In this document: positions 62,519-64,000 of the stretch, in pieces
Layout of the letters: each line of letters starts with the position of its first letter
Numbering within the stretch: position 1 is the stretch's first letter
Source: Botryllus schlosseri
Lineage: Eukaryota
DNA length: 64,000 nucleotides
Reading direction: 5' to 3'
Assembly (NCBI GenBank): GCA_051294905.1
Contig: CM119383.1
Span: 2,232,001 to 2,296,000 of the forward strand
Notes under the pieces: generated by a model
Seen by the model: the letters and a program-made list of their open reading frames with translations, nothing else
Told to the model about the DNA's origin: nothing
Database searches by the model: none
Position numbers and translations under genes: made by a program

Positions 62519-62621
62519 GTCTATCATGTGACGCAATAATTGGTAATGTAGGCTACTCCAACTACCTCATTCCTTGAGTGACGACAGCTTACAAGCAATC
62601 ATGATGCAACGAACTAAATGC

Positions 62622-63991
62622 CAGTGTTGGGATGACTCGAGTCAGACTCGAGTCAACTTTTTCGCATGACTTGACTTGACTCGAGTCACTTTGCAAAAAT
62701 GACTTGACTTGACTTGACTCGGCGCTTCAAAAATGTGGATTGACTCGTGACTCGGAGCAAAATTTACGAGTCAATTTCAAGTCATCAAGTAAACGGTGTC
62801 GACTAAATCAATGTATACTGTGCAATGTGTGCATGTTCATTTTATTCACGATACGCCATTGTAACTTGTGAGAGCAACCAGTCATTCACTGATTGTACGT
62901 TTCGCTGATCCTGCATTGTTACATCACACATACACTGACCGCATACGAAATGATCACAGCTTGCCTTGTCGTTATAGCAAATTAATTTAATAGCAACGTA
63001 TCGCTGTTTATTGGACGGCTCTGTCCTTACATTGAACGGCGCTCACCTTTACCAACCATCTTGTATGATTAAATCTAACAAATGTATTTTATGTATTTAT
63101 GTCATCAACGATGTGTATAGATGGCTGATGTATTGTACGATATCAATTTCTTTCATCTTCTCGAGGCCTCGTATTCGATCCTCTATTTTTGCTGATAATA
63201 ACAGAATGTATAGCATGTCGCTCAGAGTTGTCAAACTCAACTGACGTCGCGGGTCGAATTCAAATATACAGATCACTCGCGGGCCGCACCAGTCAGATGA
63301 TTCCTAAATATTACTAACCCTAAACTCAGTATATGCACTTTTTCGCATTCTCGGAACGGGTGTCAATGTCAGCGATTTTCTCCTGACGATAACTACAATC
63401 ACAACTCCGCTGTCGGGTTGTTATAATGTGGCCTATGAACATATTCGAAATTTGCTCTCTTGAAGGAATATTTATTAGTGGTATTTGTTACTGCAAATTC
63501 GAGAAATGTGTTGGATAAAATCACACAATTTTCACCATATACTCAGAATTTCTTCGCGGGCCCAATGAAATCATTTGGCGGGTCGTACGTTTGACACCCC
63601 TGATGTATAGCTATACAGTTACTCACGTATTTTATTAGCAGTTCCACGTGTGCGTGAGCGATACAACGCATTTTTGCATGTATATTTAACTTTATATTCG
63701 TTATTGGATTCAAGATAAATGACCAATTGATCTCTTTAACATAGCCAGTAAAATATAATGAATTTGAATGATCACTCATAATCCGAAAATTCAATTTGAC
63801 TCGAATTTTGACTTGACTCGTGTCTTAACTTGACTTGACTTGACTTGACTCGAGTCACCTCCAAAAAACGAGTGACTTGACTTGACTCGAGTCACCTTTG
63901 AAAATCGATTGACTTGACTTGACTCGAGTCAAAATGTGCAATGACTCGAGATGACTCGTGACTCGAAGGTAGTGACTTGATCCCAACACTG
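62622..63991. mobile_element. hAT MITE (CAGTGTTGGGA TIR) with GACTT/GACTCGAGTC subterminal arrays; nested Charlie MITE at 63214-63602
   Basis: Perfect TSD ctaaatgc; the nested element has TSD atgtatag. Confidence 0.92.
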
Positions 63992-64000
63992 CTAAATGCT

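Overview
Eukaryotic (animal, most likely invertebrate) genomic DNA: AT-rich, spliceosomal introns, very dense in small DNA transposons. Genes: (1) the 5' part of a divergent clan-2-like cytochrome P450 on the minus strand (5 phase-compatible exons, 3849 to ~439, probably continuing beyond the window start); (2) head-to-head with it, a ~656-aa TPR-repeat gene that can be assembled from 12 phase-compatible exons (7674-19999, +); (3) three tandem, same-strand paralogous blocks (A ~20.9-28.9 kb, B ~34.7-43.9 kb, C ~53.6-61.6 kb), each carrying an intronless polydactyl C2H2 zinc-finger ORF (12 fingers with one frameshift, 17 fingers, 12 fingers) with non-canonical linkers and no visible effector domain; (4) decayed kelch-repeat exons between blocks B and C. 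The rest is a mosaic of at least 10 families of hAT-type MITEs or deletion derivatives (many with intact 8-bp TSDs, several nested), a TATAG-terminated family with 7-bp TSDs, tRNA-derived SINEs, LINE 3' ends and BEL/Pao relics. The most interesting signal is the rapidly evolving ZF trio: finger-number change through an 84-bp minisatellite and substitutions focused on the recognition helix. All family assignments come from motif recognition by eye; no database searches were run.
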